A stretch of DNA of 64,000 nt from Leptolyngbyaceae cyanobacterium. Lineage in GTDB: Bacteria > Cyanobacteriota > Cyanobacteriia > Phormidesmidales > Phormidesmidaceae. The position numbers and the translations under genes were made by a program. The notes beneath the pieces were generated by a model. It worked only from the letters and a program-made list of their open reading frames with translations, had not been told where the DNA came from and ran no database searches. Below, in pieces: positions 52,491 to 62,235 of this stretch. Every line of letters starts with the position of its first letter. Position 1 is the first letter of the stretch. The stretch spans positions 768,001-832,000 of the forward strand of contig CBDHHL010000032.1 in assembly GCA_965263355.1 (NCBI GenBank). Direction: 5' to 3'.

Positions 52491-53552
52491 ATGTCCGAAT
52501 CCAAATCCCAAGATCCACGCCTTAGCAAAAAGCTATGTGACTCTAGTCAGCTTTTTCGCGATCGCTATGAGGTAGTGCGTATTTTGGGGCGAGGCGGCTT
52601 TGGCGTAACTCATTTAGCTCGCGATCGCATGCTGCCTGGGTCACCACTATGTGTAATTAAACAGCTCTTTCCTAAAGTCAGTCATCCCATCGCCCTGGAA
52701 CGCGCCAAACAGCGTTTTCGCCGTGAAGCTAGAATCCTCGGACGGTTAGGTAGCCACTCGCAACTGCCCATGCTGTTGGACTACTTCACCTTCAAAGGGG
52801 AATTTTTCCTAGTGCAGGAATATGTTCACGGGGATACCCTCAGCCGTGAAGTGCGCAAAAACGGTGCCCAGAAAGAACCTACCGTTAAGAAATTTCTAGC
52901 AGAAGTGCTCCCAGCAGTCCGCTACATCCATAGAAATCGCGTTATTCATCGCGACATTAAACCCCCCAATATCATTCGCTGTCGCGACGATAATCGTTTA
53001 GTACTCCTCGACTTTGGTGCCGTGCGTGAGTGCCTGCACCATGATGATGACCCCGGTGATCACGCAGCCAGCCCAACCACCCATTTTGTCGGCACCATGG
53101 GCTTTGCACCCCCAGAGCAGCTAGCACTACGTCCCACCTACAGCAGTGATATCTATGCCTTAGGTGTGACCTGTCTATATTTACTTACAGGTAAATCTCC
53201 CTTGGAATTTGATGTTGATCCCGATACCCAGGAGATAAACTGGCAACGCTCAGTCAGTATCAGCACATCCTTTGAAAAATTATTATCTAAAATGTTAACC
53301 ACTGATTTGTCAGAGCGATTCAGACGCATTGACGAGGTGCAGCATGCCCTTCAGTTAGATGCCCATTACAGCAACTTAGAACGCTGTCTCAACCGCGTCC
53401 CCAAAGCCCCAGAAACAGTCCCCCAAAAGGATGCCCTGGATTTAGAAAAAAGCCAATCCCCGATTCAACGGAAAGCAGCTGCCATTCGACGATTACGGCA
53501 ACGTCAGCATACGAAAAACCGTCCTAGCACTGGATCTGCATTTCCATTGTAA
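52491..53552 (+). CDS. Hanks-type Ser/Thr protein kinase
   Basis: LGRGGFG, VIK, HRDIKPPN, DFG, PPEQ, SDIYALG. Confidence 0.95.
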   Translation: MSESKSQDPRLSKKLCDSSQLFRDRYEVVRILGRGGFGVTHLARDRMLPGSPLCVIKQLFPKVSHPIALERAKQRFRREARILGRLGSHSQLPMLLDYFTFKGEFFLVQEYVHGDTLSREVRKNGAQKEPTVKKFLAEVLPAVRYIHRNRVIHRDIKPPNIIRCRDDNRLVLLDFGAVRECLHHDDDPGDHAASPTTHFVGTMGFAPPEQLALRPTYSSDIYALGVTCLYLLTGKSPLEFDVDPDTQEINWQRSVSISTSFEKLLSKMLTTDLSERFRRIDEVQHALQLDAHYSNLERCLNRVPKAPETVPQKDALDLEKSQSPIQRKAAAIRRLRQRQHTKNRPSTGSAFPL

Positions 53553-53605
53553 GCTCCCCGGTCCTAAGGACTCTAACAGTGGAGCTATCACAAAGCACTT
53601 TAGCT

Positions 53606-54499
53606 CTAAAGCCAGGTTTGGATTACATCATCCACTAGCTCAGGCAATTCATCGTAGAGACAGTGGCCAGCCCCATCTATTGCTTGATAAGTAATTTGTG
53701 GGCTTAAGGCCAGAATTTGCTCTGCCCATTTTATCGGTAGGACATTGTCTTGCGTACCCCACAGTAAAAGGATTGGGATAGATATCTGCTGGATCAGCTC
53801 TGCAGTCACATCACTAAATTCCGCCTTGGTACGAGATTTAACCAGGTAACAAAGCGTACGGGCTGCTCCACGCTCCAAGGTTGGTCTTGTAAATAGATCC
53901 ACTAGCTCATCATTAACCCGTTCAGGTCGTTGGTAAATACCAGTTAGCACCCTCCGAATCAAACCTGGCTGACGCACTATTGCAAATAAGGGCCTCAGTA
54001 ATAATGGCGTTGCAAATAGACTCTCCACTTGCCGCGCTAGCCGTTCTACCCGCCCTGATACTAATTCCTGACGGGAAAGGGGTAACGTGAATAAAATTAG
54101 CCGATCTGCCATATCTGAATGCCGGGCTATTGCTGTCAAAGCCACTAAAGCCCCCAGAGAATGCCCAATCAAGATAACAGGTTGACCAATCACCGTTTGC
54201 CAAAAGTCATAGACTTGCGCTTGCCAGAATTCAGCCCCCATTAGCACCGCTGCCTTTTGGGAATGACCAAAGCCTAAAAGATCTAAGGCATAAACGGGGC
54301 GTTGTTGCCCCCAACCCTTTAGATTTGATCGCCACTGTTCCAAACTAGCCCCAAAGCCGTGGATTAATAACATCGGTTGCCGCTGCTGAGCAACCCAATC
54401 ATCGGGACGGATATAGGTATAGCGGACACGCCAACCACGCCAGCACCAAAAACGCTGATGTCCCAAGTCGGGACGGTGAGAGGCTTGGGTTCGCTTCAT
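53606..54499 (-). CDS. Alpha/beta fold hydrolase
   Basis: HGFGAS, DLLGFG, GHSLG, WGTQD, GHC. Confidence 0.93.
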   Translation of the reverse strand: MKRTQASHRPDLGHQRFWCWRGWRVRYTYIRPDDWVAQQRQPMLLIHGFGASLEQWRSNLKGWGQQRPVYALDLLGFGHSQKAAVLMGAEFWQAQVYDFWQTVIGQPVILIGHSLGALVALTAIARHSDMADRLILFTLPLSRQELVSGRVERLARQVESLFATPLLLRPLFAIVRQPGLIRRVLTGIYQRPERVNDELVDLFTRPTLERGAARTLCYLVKSRTKAEFSDVTAELIQQISIPILLLWGTQDNVLPIKWAEQILALSPQITYQAIDGAGHCLYDELPELVDDVIQTWL

Positions 54500-54624
54500 A
54501 GATGCAATTATGGAAATAGATGATAACTATCATGTAACTTCAGCCAGCTTGCCATTAAAGGAACCAATAGTGGCTAACTGCAGATACCTTTAAGATAGAT
54601 TAAGAACCATTTACTGATGAGTTG

Positions 54625-54693
54625 AACCACGTCCAAGTTGAACCCTATAGATCTTTCCCTGGGAAAACGACCGTCCTGGACGTGGACAAGGTT
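54625..54693 (+). mobile_element. 69-bp dispersed element, copy C
   Basis: TG-AACCACGTCCAAGTTGAACCC...AAAACGACCGTCCTGGACGTGGACAAGGTT-TA. Confidence 0.8.
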
Positions 54694-54739
54694 TAACCAT
54701 CCCCCTAAAAACTCATCCCTAGGGACAGTGAGGCTTACT

Positions 54740-56455
54740 ATGACTGAGACCAAACAGAGAGATGTGCAAGTATTGCCCATTGCGTCCGACACTCTTGTTT
54801 TACGCTCTCGCAGCTGGAATCGTCTGCGGTTTGAAATTGAATATGCCCTGGAAAAGGGAACAACAGCAAATTCATATTTAATTAATGCGGATCGGGTTGC
54901 TTTACTGGATCCGCCTGGCGGCTCATTTACAACTATCTTTTTAGATACGCTGCGATCGCACATTGCCCTTGACCAGCTCGACTATATTATTTTGGGGCAC
55001 GTTAATCCCAACCGATTAGAAACCCTGCAACATCTGGTCAATGAAGCTCCCCAGGTGACAATTGTATGTTCAAATCCAGGGGCAATCGCCATCAAGGCAG
55101 CTGAGCTTTCTCTACAAAATCCGCTGCTGGTTATCAAGGGCACCGACGACATGCTTGACCTTGGTCAAGGCCACAAACTGCAATTTATGCCAGTGCCCAC
55201 CCCCCGTTGGCCCGATGGACTCAGCACCTACGACCCCATTACTTGCACTCTATATACCGATAAGTTCTTCAGCGCTCACCTTTGTAATGACGACCCCTAC
55301 GACCTGAACTGGGAGGCTTTATTAGAAGATCGTCGTTACTATTTTGAAACCGTTATGGCCCCCAATGCCAAACAGGTTGCCACTGCTTTAGAAAAGCTCA
55401 GTGAATTCCCAGCTCATCTCTATGGTGCTGGCCATGGTCCTCTGGTGAAATACGGCATTCACGAACTCACCCAGCAGTACCAACAATGGTGTGACCAACA
55501 AAAACAACAAACCCTGAATGTGGCGTTAATTTACGCATCGGCCTATGGCAATACGGCCACCATTGGCCAAGCCATCGCCCGAGGAATCACTAAAGCCGGT
55601 GTTGCTGTCGAATCGATCAACGCGGAACAAGCTCCTCAAAGCGATATTAAAACCGCTGCTGAAACCTGTGCAGGCTTCATTCTTGGCTCTCCCACCCTCG
55701 GTGGACACGCTCCTACCCAGATCCAAACAGCCTTAGGATTGCTACTCTCCACTGCCTCTAAAAATAAGCTAGCCGGTGTATTCGGCTCCTATGGTTGGAG
55801 TGGTGAAGCCATTGACCTACTCGAAAATAAATTACGAGACGGTGGCTATAGCTTTGGCTTCGAGCCCATTCGAGTAAAATTCAAACCTGATGAGGTCACT
55901 CTTAAATACTGCGAAGAAGCGGGTACCGACTTTGCCCAAGCCTTGAAAAAAGCAAAGCGCGCCAAGGCTCCCCGCACCCCCGCCAGCGATGTTGAAAAAG
56001 CCGTGGGCCGGTTAGTTGGCTCTCTGTGTGTGGTCACCGCCAAACAAGGTGAAGTTGCCAGTGCCATGCTGGCCTCATGGATAGCCCAAGCTACCTTTAA
56101 CCCACCGGGTTTTACCGTTGCCGTCGCCAAAGAACGAGCCATTGAGACTTTAATCTACCCAGACAATCCTTTTGTGCTCAATATCCTGGGTGCAGGCAAA
56201 CAGTTAGGCCCCATGAAACAATTTCTCAAACCCTTTACACCGGCAGAGAACCGATTTGAAGGCGTCGATATTGATATTGCTAATAACGGGGCTTATATTC
56301 TCAAAGATGCGATCGCTTATTTAGAATGTACCGTTAAAAGTCGTATGGATTGCGGTGACCACTGGGTTGTTTATGCCACAATTGATAGTGGTCAGGTCCT
56401 CGACATCAATGCTAAAACCGCTGTCCACCACCGCAAAACAGGCAATGTCTATTAG
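54740..56455 (+). CDS. flv1: Class C flavodiiron protein, Flv1-like (non-canonical di-iron ligands)
   Basis: Metallo-beta-lactamase, flavodoxin (SAYGNT) and flavin reductase domains; HVNPNR in place of HxExDH. Confidence 0.85.
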   Translation: MTETKQRDVQVLPIASDTLVLRSRSWNRLRFEIEYALEKGTTANSYLINADRVALLDPPGGSFTTIFLDTLRSHIALDQLDYIILGHVNPNRLETLQHLVNEAPQVTIVCSNPGAIAIKAAELSLQNPLLVIKGTDDMLDLGQGHKLQFMPVPTPRWPDGLSTYDPITCTLYTDKFFSAHLCNDDPYDLNWEALLEDRRYYFETVMAPNAKQVATALEKLSEFPAHLYGAGHGPLVKYGIHELTQQYQQWCDQQKQQTLNVALIYASAYGNTATIGQAIARGITKAGVAVESINAEQAPQSDIKTAAETCAGFILGSPTLGGHAPTQIQTALGLLLSTASKNKLAGVFGSYGWSGEAIDLLENKLRDGGYSFGFEPIRVKFKPDEVTLKYCEEAGTDFAQALKKAKRAKAPRTPASDVEKAVGRLVGSLCVVTAKQGEVASAMLASWIAQATFNPPGFTVAVAKERAIETLIYPDNPFVLNILGAGKQLGPMKQFLKPFTPAENRFEGVDIDIANNGAYILKDAIAYLECTVKSRMDCGDHWVVYATIDSGQVLDINAKTAVHHRKTGNVY

Positions 56456-56457
56456 GC

Positions 56458-57261
56458 CTAAAGCCATCCCAACCAATTAGGCATACGACGGTAAAACAGA
56501 GACTGAAACCCTTTTCGAGCAAATCCAAAGGGCTGAATAATTATTGACCACATAGGTTTTACAATCTCCATCAACCGCTTAAACGGGCATTTTGTCGGGA
56601 CAGTCTCCATTTCCTGCACTGTTCGCCTAGCTTCAGCTAGAGCCCGTCTGGCTTCAGTCAGTTTGCCCCCAGCAACGATGGTAGCCATTTGTTCCAAATA
56701 AGCTTCCAGATATTGAACCCTGAGCTGAGGAGAATCTGTAACCCGACTCAAAAAAGGTAAATCAGATTCAGTCATAAACCGAATCGCCAGCATCGGGACT
56801 GGACTTTGCAATGGGCGAAAGTTTGGATTATGCAAACCAGGACTCTGATTGAAGCGATGGAATTCCCCTAACATCAAACCCTTTTCCACAAAAAAAGGTT
56901 TTAACGTTTTTTGTACCTGATCAATCACATGACATTGATCATCCGGAAGATCTGAAAACACCAGTAACAAAGCTTTATAGATCGCTAGCTTCCCTTGTTG
57001 AGGCAACTGCTCTAAAAACGTTTGACGATACTCCTTTACCAGCTCTTCTAAGTCAGCTTGGTTCATACCATTCATAGAGATCTCCACCAGCTGAATCGTC
57101 TCTAGCTTTAACGAACGTGGTACGAACGGACACACTAATCCAACTCTCCCAAGTTCAGCATGGGGTTTAGCCAGGAAATTTTCAATCCACTCAGTTGTCT
57201 TTACCAAAGAAGAAGATGCGGCAACATACTCTTTTAGCTGGCTGGGCGTCATCAATTGCAT
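56458..57261 (-). CDS. DUF6875-like protein (alternative start 57285)
   Basis: W...FL..PH.ELGR.G.VCPF, GLMLGEFH, FRPLQSPVPMLAIRFM...D. Confidence 0.7.
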   Translation of the reverse strand: MQLMTPSQLKEYVAASSSLVKTTEWIENFLAKPHAELGRVGLVCPFVPRSLKLETIQLVEISMNGMNQADLEELVKEYRQTFLEQLPQQGKLAIYKALLLVFSDLPDDQCHVIDQVQKTLKPFFVEKGLMLGEFHRFNQSPGLHNPNFRPLQSPVPMLAIRFMTESDLPFLSRVTDSPQLRVQYLEAYLEQMATIVAGGKLTEARRALAEARRTVQEMETVPTKCPFKRLMEIVKPMWSIIIQPFGFARKGFQSLFYRRMPNWLGWL

Positions 57262-57493
57262 CACAGGTCTCTTAATCTTATACAAAGTTCGGCGTATCTA
57301 AAACATTCAAACTTGATTAGTTCACTTAAGTTCAATAAAAATGCAAACGACAAAACTTCAACAAACCCATCATGAGGTTGTCGTTCATTAAACTTTCAAG
57401 TCAGCACTACGAGAACAGGCAAACTAAAGTCTTAGAACAAATTTTCTATCCTAATTCTAGATTGCCCTAGAGTTTTTACCGAGAGCCGAAGCT

Positions 57494-57863
57494 TGAAATC
57501 ACTAAAACTTCAACAAAATAGGAAATAAATAAAATTACTTTTCCGTTGCTAATCCTTACAGAGAATACACTTATTCAAAATATACAAGAATATCCCTTTT
57601 GGAATACCTAGAAAGCCTTAAAACCATTACCAAATAAAGATTATTAGGTTTTAAAATAAACTTAAAATCAGCCTTATTCAACAAATAGTTATCAATAAAA
57701 AATCTCTCATCAATGAGGAAATTTTAATGAGAAGCTTTCATTTTAGAGGGCTATCACTATAACTTTACTAACTTCTTAAGGGAGTCTGTCATATTAATAA
57801 GTATATTACTTGATTCTGAAACCACTAAAACTTCAATAAAACAGGAGACAAATGAAGTTACTT
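57494..57863 (+). repeat. Two 47-bp direct repeats in the divergent intergenic region
   Basis: 57494-57540 versus 57817-57863, 40/47 identical. Confidence 0.8.
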
Positions 57864-58233
57864 ACCAAATTTAAAGAAGTTCTTTGTATCTAGATAAAGT
57901 TTTAACCAAACATTTGATCCTAATTTAATTTTCAATTTAGCTACAGTTCTGCCCCTCAAATCATTTCTTCTGGTTCTTCGAACCCAGATTTTTTGACAAT
58001 CTGAACAATACCTTAAAAGCAACATCAGACTTTGATAAAGATATCCAAAGTTAAGGCATTTACTTAAATCATCCTTGAAAGATGTAGCCAACAATCTAAC
58101 AACGAAGGGGGCAGTCTTCATTAGTGTTTGCCATTAAAGATGACAAGCCGATCAGTCCCCTGCCAAAGGGGGCATTCTAAGCAAATCAGATAGATATTTT
58201 ACATATTACTGTCAACGTTTTAGCGCTGTCTTG

Positions 58234-60969
58234 ATGAATTCTTCCAAAGTGCCTACGTCGAAACTGCCTAGTTTGTTAAACACCTCCCAAACGGCGGATC
58301 AACAGGAAACATGGTCAAGCTCGCAACTTGACGTGCATCCTGTTAAATTGCCCTCAGCAAACTGTTGCATTCACGACTTATTTGCCCAGCAAGTACAGCG
58401 TACTCCTCATGCCGTTGCGGTTATTACTGAAGATGCCCAGTTTACCTATCAACAGATCAATCGACAGGCCAATCGATTAGCCTATCAGCTATCAACCCTA
58501 GGGGTTAGCCCGAATCAACTAATCGGTATCTGTGTAGAGCGTTCTATAGATATGATCGTAGGACTACTTGGCATTCTCAAAGCTGGTGGTGTCTATGTAC
58601 CTATCGATCCTCATTATCCAATCGAACGAATACGTCTGATTCTGCACGACACCCAGGTGAACATTCTATTAAGTCAAACTCACTTAGAAGAAAAATTATT
58701 ATCTTGCTTACCACAAACAAATAACACTCTCATTTGTTTAGATCGAGACCAATGGACTAATATGCAGTCCTGCCCTGATCTATCAGTACCGGTTACTGCA
58801 GATCAGTTGATGTATGTCATCTATACCTCTGGTTCTACTGGACGACCAAAGGGAGTCATGATTCCCCATAATGGTATCTGTAATCAGTTGTATTGGCGTC
58901 AAACAACATTTCCGCTGACATCTCAAGATCGAGTACTACAGAATATATCCTTTAGTTTTGATCCCTCCGTATGGCAAATTTTCTGGCCTTTATTGGTTGG
59001 TGCCCAGTTGGTTCTACCTCGTCCTGGCGGACAACAGGATATCGCCTACCTAGTTGAACTGATAGCCCAACAAAAGGTATCAGTCATTGCTTTAGTGCCA
59101 TCTTTATTAAGAGTACTATTAGACCAACCGGGGCTAGCTCAGTGTAAAGCATTAAAACACATTTTTTGTGGTGGTGAAGCCCTTTCGCTAGAGCTTCAAC
59201 AACAATTTTTCCAACGTTTCTCAGAAAACTCAGTTCAGTTACACAATGTTTACGGCCCTACAGAAGCCTCCATTGATGCCACCTACTGGACTTGTCAGCA
59301 AACGGTTACTCAGCCCATTGCCCCCATTGGCCATCCTATCAGCAACACCCAGATTCATATTTTGGATCAAAATCTCCAATCTATAGACAACAATGAAACC
59401 GGTGAAATTTATATTGGTGGCGCAGGCCTAGCTAAAGGATATCTCAACCGACCAGAATTATCGGCTGCCAGATTTATTACCCTACCCCAGGATCAATCTC
59501 GTATTTATAAAACTGGAGATTTGGGCAAATATCTACCCGATGGCACCATTCAATTTCTAGGGCGGATTGACCAACAGGTAAAAATCCGGGGCTTTCGCAT
59601 TGAACTCGGGGAAATTGAAAGCTGTCTCGACCAACATCCAGATATTACCCAAAGTGCCGTTATTGCCTGGGAATTTGCACCAGGCCAAAAGCGCTTGTTT
59701 GCCTATTTTGTTCCTAATACAAAGGTTCCACCGGATGTAAAAACTATACGTGCATGGCTGCAACAAAGGCTCCCAGACCATATGGTGCCAGCTATGTATA
59801 TGCCCCTAGACTCATTTCCCTTAAATACCAATGGCAAATTAGATCGTAAAGCATTACCTACACCAGTCGCTCCAAGTACCTATGTCAGTGATTACAATAA
59901 GCCGTTTGAGGATGAGTGGTCGAGCAAACTAGCAACATTATGGCGTCAGATCTTACAAACATCGTCCATCAGCCAAACTGATAATTTTTTTGAGTTAGGG
60001 GGTGACTCACTACTAGCGGCCCAACTCTCAAATCATATCGAACAAACATTTAATCAACCGTTTCCAGTTGCTAATCTATTTAAGGCACCTACATTAAAGG
60101 CGATGATCACTCTCCTTAAGGAGAATACAAGTTATAAACCTGGGCAAGTATTGGTACCTATTCAGCCTCAGGGAAATAGACCACCCTTATTCTGTTTACA
60201 TACCAAAACTGGTAGTGTCTTTGACTATTATGGCTTAGCTAAATACTTAGAGCGTGATCAGCCAGTTTATGGCATTCAAGCAAAATGGGTTGATAATCAA
60301 GAGCTGGATTGGGACCTGATTAGTCAGCACTCGTGCGATCGCGTCGAAACCATGGCCAGAGACTATATCCAAACAATCCAGACTCTACAACCTCAGGGAC
60401 CTTACTACCTGTGTGGTTATTCCTTTGGCGGACTACTAGCCTACGAAATTGCACAACAGCTGAGCACCCAAGGCCACATTATCGGCCTATTAGCCCTCTT
60501 CGATACCTACAACCATGCAGGTGAGTGGTTTCATGAACCTCTATCATTACGACTACAAAATGCAATCAATAAAATTCAAAAATTATCCTGGCATGAAAAA
60601 CTTGCCTATGGGCAGGAAAAATTAAAGCGTATCACAACTATATCTTTACAATCCCCCTCCCAAAGCAATCAGAAGATTTTAGAAAAGTTCTCCACCCAAG
60701 CAAAAGTTTGCGAAACTGCGTTGAAACACTACTGCCCCAAACCTTACGATGGGGAGTTAACCTTATTTCGTGCTGAGCACCCCCCTGCAGCCTATGGTTA
60801 CCAGGCCATCAAAATAGATCGCAACCTAGGCTGGCATCAGGTCGTTACTGGGAAAATTAATATTCAACCCATGGCATGTCATCATTTTGTTATAACCGAT
60901 GAGCCCCACATCCAAACCCTTAGCGAAAAACTACAAGATCTGTTAAATGAGCGCCAAAAACATAAATGA
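58234..60969 (+). CDS. Stand-alone NRPS-like enzyme, A-T-TE
   Basis: YTSGSTGRPKG, YGPTE, YKTGD, NGKLDR; FFELGGDSL carrier; GYSFG thioesterase; no C domain. Confidence 0.95.
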   Translation: MNSSKVPTSKLPSLLNTSQTADQQETWSSSQLDVHPVKLPSANCCIHDLFAQQVQRTPHAVAVITEDAQFTYQQINRQANRLAYQLSTLGVSPNQLIGICVERSIDMIVGLLGILKAGGVYVPIDPHYPIERIRLILHDTQVNILLSQTHLEEKLLSCLPQTNNTLICLDRDQWTNMQSCPDLSVPVTADQLMYVIYTSGSTGRPKGVMIPHNGICNQLYWRQTTFPLTSQDRVLQNISFSFDPSVWQIFWPLLVGAQLVLPRPGGQQDIAYLVELIAQQKVSVIALVPSLLRVLLDQPGLAQCKALKHIFCGGEALSLELQQQFFQRFSENSVQLHNVYGPTEASIDATYWTCQQTVTQPIAPIGHPISNTQIHILDQNLQSIDNNETGEIYIGGAGLAKGYLNRPELSAARFITLPQDQSRIYKTGDLGKYLPDGTIQFLGRIDQQVKIRGFRIELGEIESCLDQHPDITQSAVIAWEFAPGQKRLFAYFVPNTKVPPDVKTIRAWLQQRLPDHMVPAMYMPLDSFPLNTNGKLDRKALPTPVAPSTYVSDYNKPFEDEWSSKLATLWRQILQTSSISQTDNFFELGGDSLLAAQLSNHIEQTFNQPFPVANLFKAPTLKAMITLLKENTSYKPGQVLVPIQPQGNRPPLFCLHTKTGSVFDYYGLAKYLERDQPVYGIQAKWVDNQELDWDLISQHSCDRVETMARDYIQTIQTLQPQGPYYLCGYSFGGLLAYEIAQQLSTQGHIIGLLALFDTYNHAGEWFHEPLSLRLQNAINKIQKLSWHEKLAYGQEKLKRITTISLQSPSQSNQKILEKFSTQAKVCETALKHYCPKPYDGELTLFRAEHPPAAYGYQAIKIDRNLGWHQVVTGKINIQPMACHHFVITDEPHIQTLSEKLQDLLNERQKHK

Positions 60970-61981
60970 ATCAACGGTTTGGCTAGACAATTCCAGAATC
61001 ATAGCGATGGTTGCCGTAGTTCTTTTACATGTAGCCACCATCGTCATGGTCTCCAATGATATTGGCTCTAACTATTGGTGGTTCGGCAATATCTATAACT
61101 CTCTGGTTAGGTGGTGCGTACCTGTTTTTGTGATGCTCAGTGGGGCACTATTACTCGATCCTCACAAACAAGAAGACCTATCAACATTCTATAGAAAACG
61201 TGCTTCTAGAATTTTAATACCTATCCTAACCTGGTCTTTTTTTTTCCTGAGCTGGCGCTTTATAAAAGGTAGCCTTCAAGGAGACCCACCCAAAATTCTA
61301 GAACTATTGGGAAATTTAGTATCTGGCAATCCCTACGAACACATGTGGTTCTTATACATGATTTTAGGGCTATATCTATTTACGCCATTTTTTCGCAAAA
61401 TTGTCACTAGTACGACTAAACAAGAATTCAATATTCTTATTATCGCAACATTTTCCCTGGCAGCCATAAATCACTTTTATACGAGCTTTACAGCCACTGA
61501 ATCCAAGCTCTTTATCAACTGGTTTCTGCTATACATACCGTTTTTCTTTGTTGGCCATCGCATACGCAACACAACAGTCCAACCCCCTAAGAGTATCCTA
61601 TGGGTTACATTTCTCACCTCAACAAGTTTAACTGCCCTTGGTTGTTATGTTCGAGCAATCTCCCAAAACCTTCCCTTAGATTCATATTTTTATGGATATT
61701 TAAGCCTCACAGTAATTCCTATGTCCATTAGCGTGATGTATTTACTAAAAACCTGGAATACTCCTATATTAAATAATACATTTACCAAAAAGTTGTCATT
61801 ATTCACACTTGGTATTTACCTTATTCATCTTCTCTTTTTAGAAGGAATAATCAAAATAGGGTATGCTACCAAAATTCATCCTGTTGCGTCTGTTCCTGTT
61901 GTTACAGGAATCACTTTCATGCTCGCTTTTACAGGAACTTGGATACTGTCCAAAATTCCCTATCTTAAAAAGAGCATCTAA
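60947..61981 (+). CDS. Acyltransferase_3 family membrane protein (WecH/YiaH-like)
   Basis: R..AM.AVV.LH, VPVFVMLSG, HMWFLY, GIYLIH; overlaps the NRPS stop by 23 nt. Confidence 0.9.
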   Translation: MSAKNINESTVWLDNSRIIAMVAVVLLHVATIVMVSNDIGSNYWWFGNIYNSLVRWCVPVFVMLSGALLLDPHKQEDLSTFYRKRASRILIPILTWSFFFLSWRFIKGSLQGDPPKILELLGNLVSGNPYEHMWFLYMILGLYLFTPFFRKIVTSTTKQEFNILIIATFSLAAINHFYTSFTATESKLFINWFLLYIPFFFVGHRIRNTTVQPPKSILWVTFLTSTSLTALGCYVRAISQNLPLDSYFYGYLSLTVIPMSISVMYLLKTWNTPILNNTFTKKLSLFTLGIYLIHLLFLEGIIKIGYATKIHPVASVPVVTGITFMLAFTGTWILSKIPYLKKSI

Positions 61982-62235
61982 AATTAGATCCACAAAAGAC
62001 CTACTGACACTGCCCAAGACTAATGGAAAGACAATTAGGCTTCAACCTTAATCTTTTAGACTAAATTATAGAAATTACAGTTTGAGTCAGACGCATTAAA
62101 TGCAACGCTTGGCCAGTATTCTGTACCAGGATTCATGACTCTTTACATGCCCCATGAGTAACTAGCTCATAGGGCTAAAAGTATGTTACCTATAGAAATA
62201 TTTCATTGTTCAAAACTACTGTTTAATCTCGATTT

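Noticed and set aside
26411..54693. 69-bp repeats as a CRISPR array or known riboswitch
   Set aside because: The copies are dispersed, not arrayed with spacers, and there are no cas genes. They lack the c-di-GMP-I, glnA or other riboswitch cores I can recall, and one copy lies between convergent genes.
58234..60969. NRPS as MysE-type mycosporine (shinorine) synthetase
   Set aside because: Same A-T-TE architecture, but no mysABC genes nearby and the estimated code is not the Ser-type DVWH.
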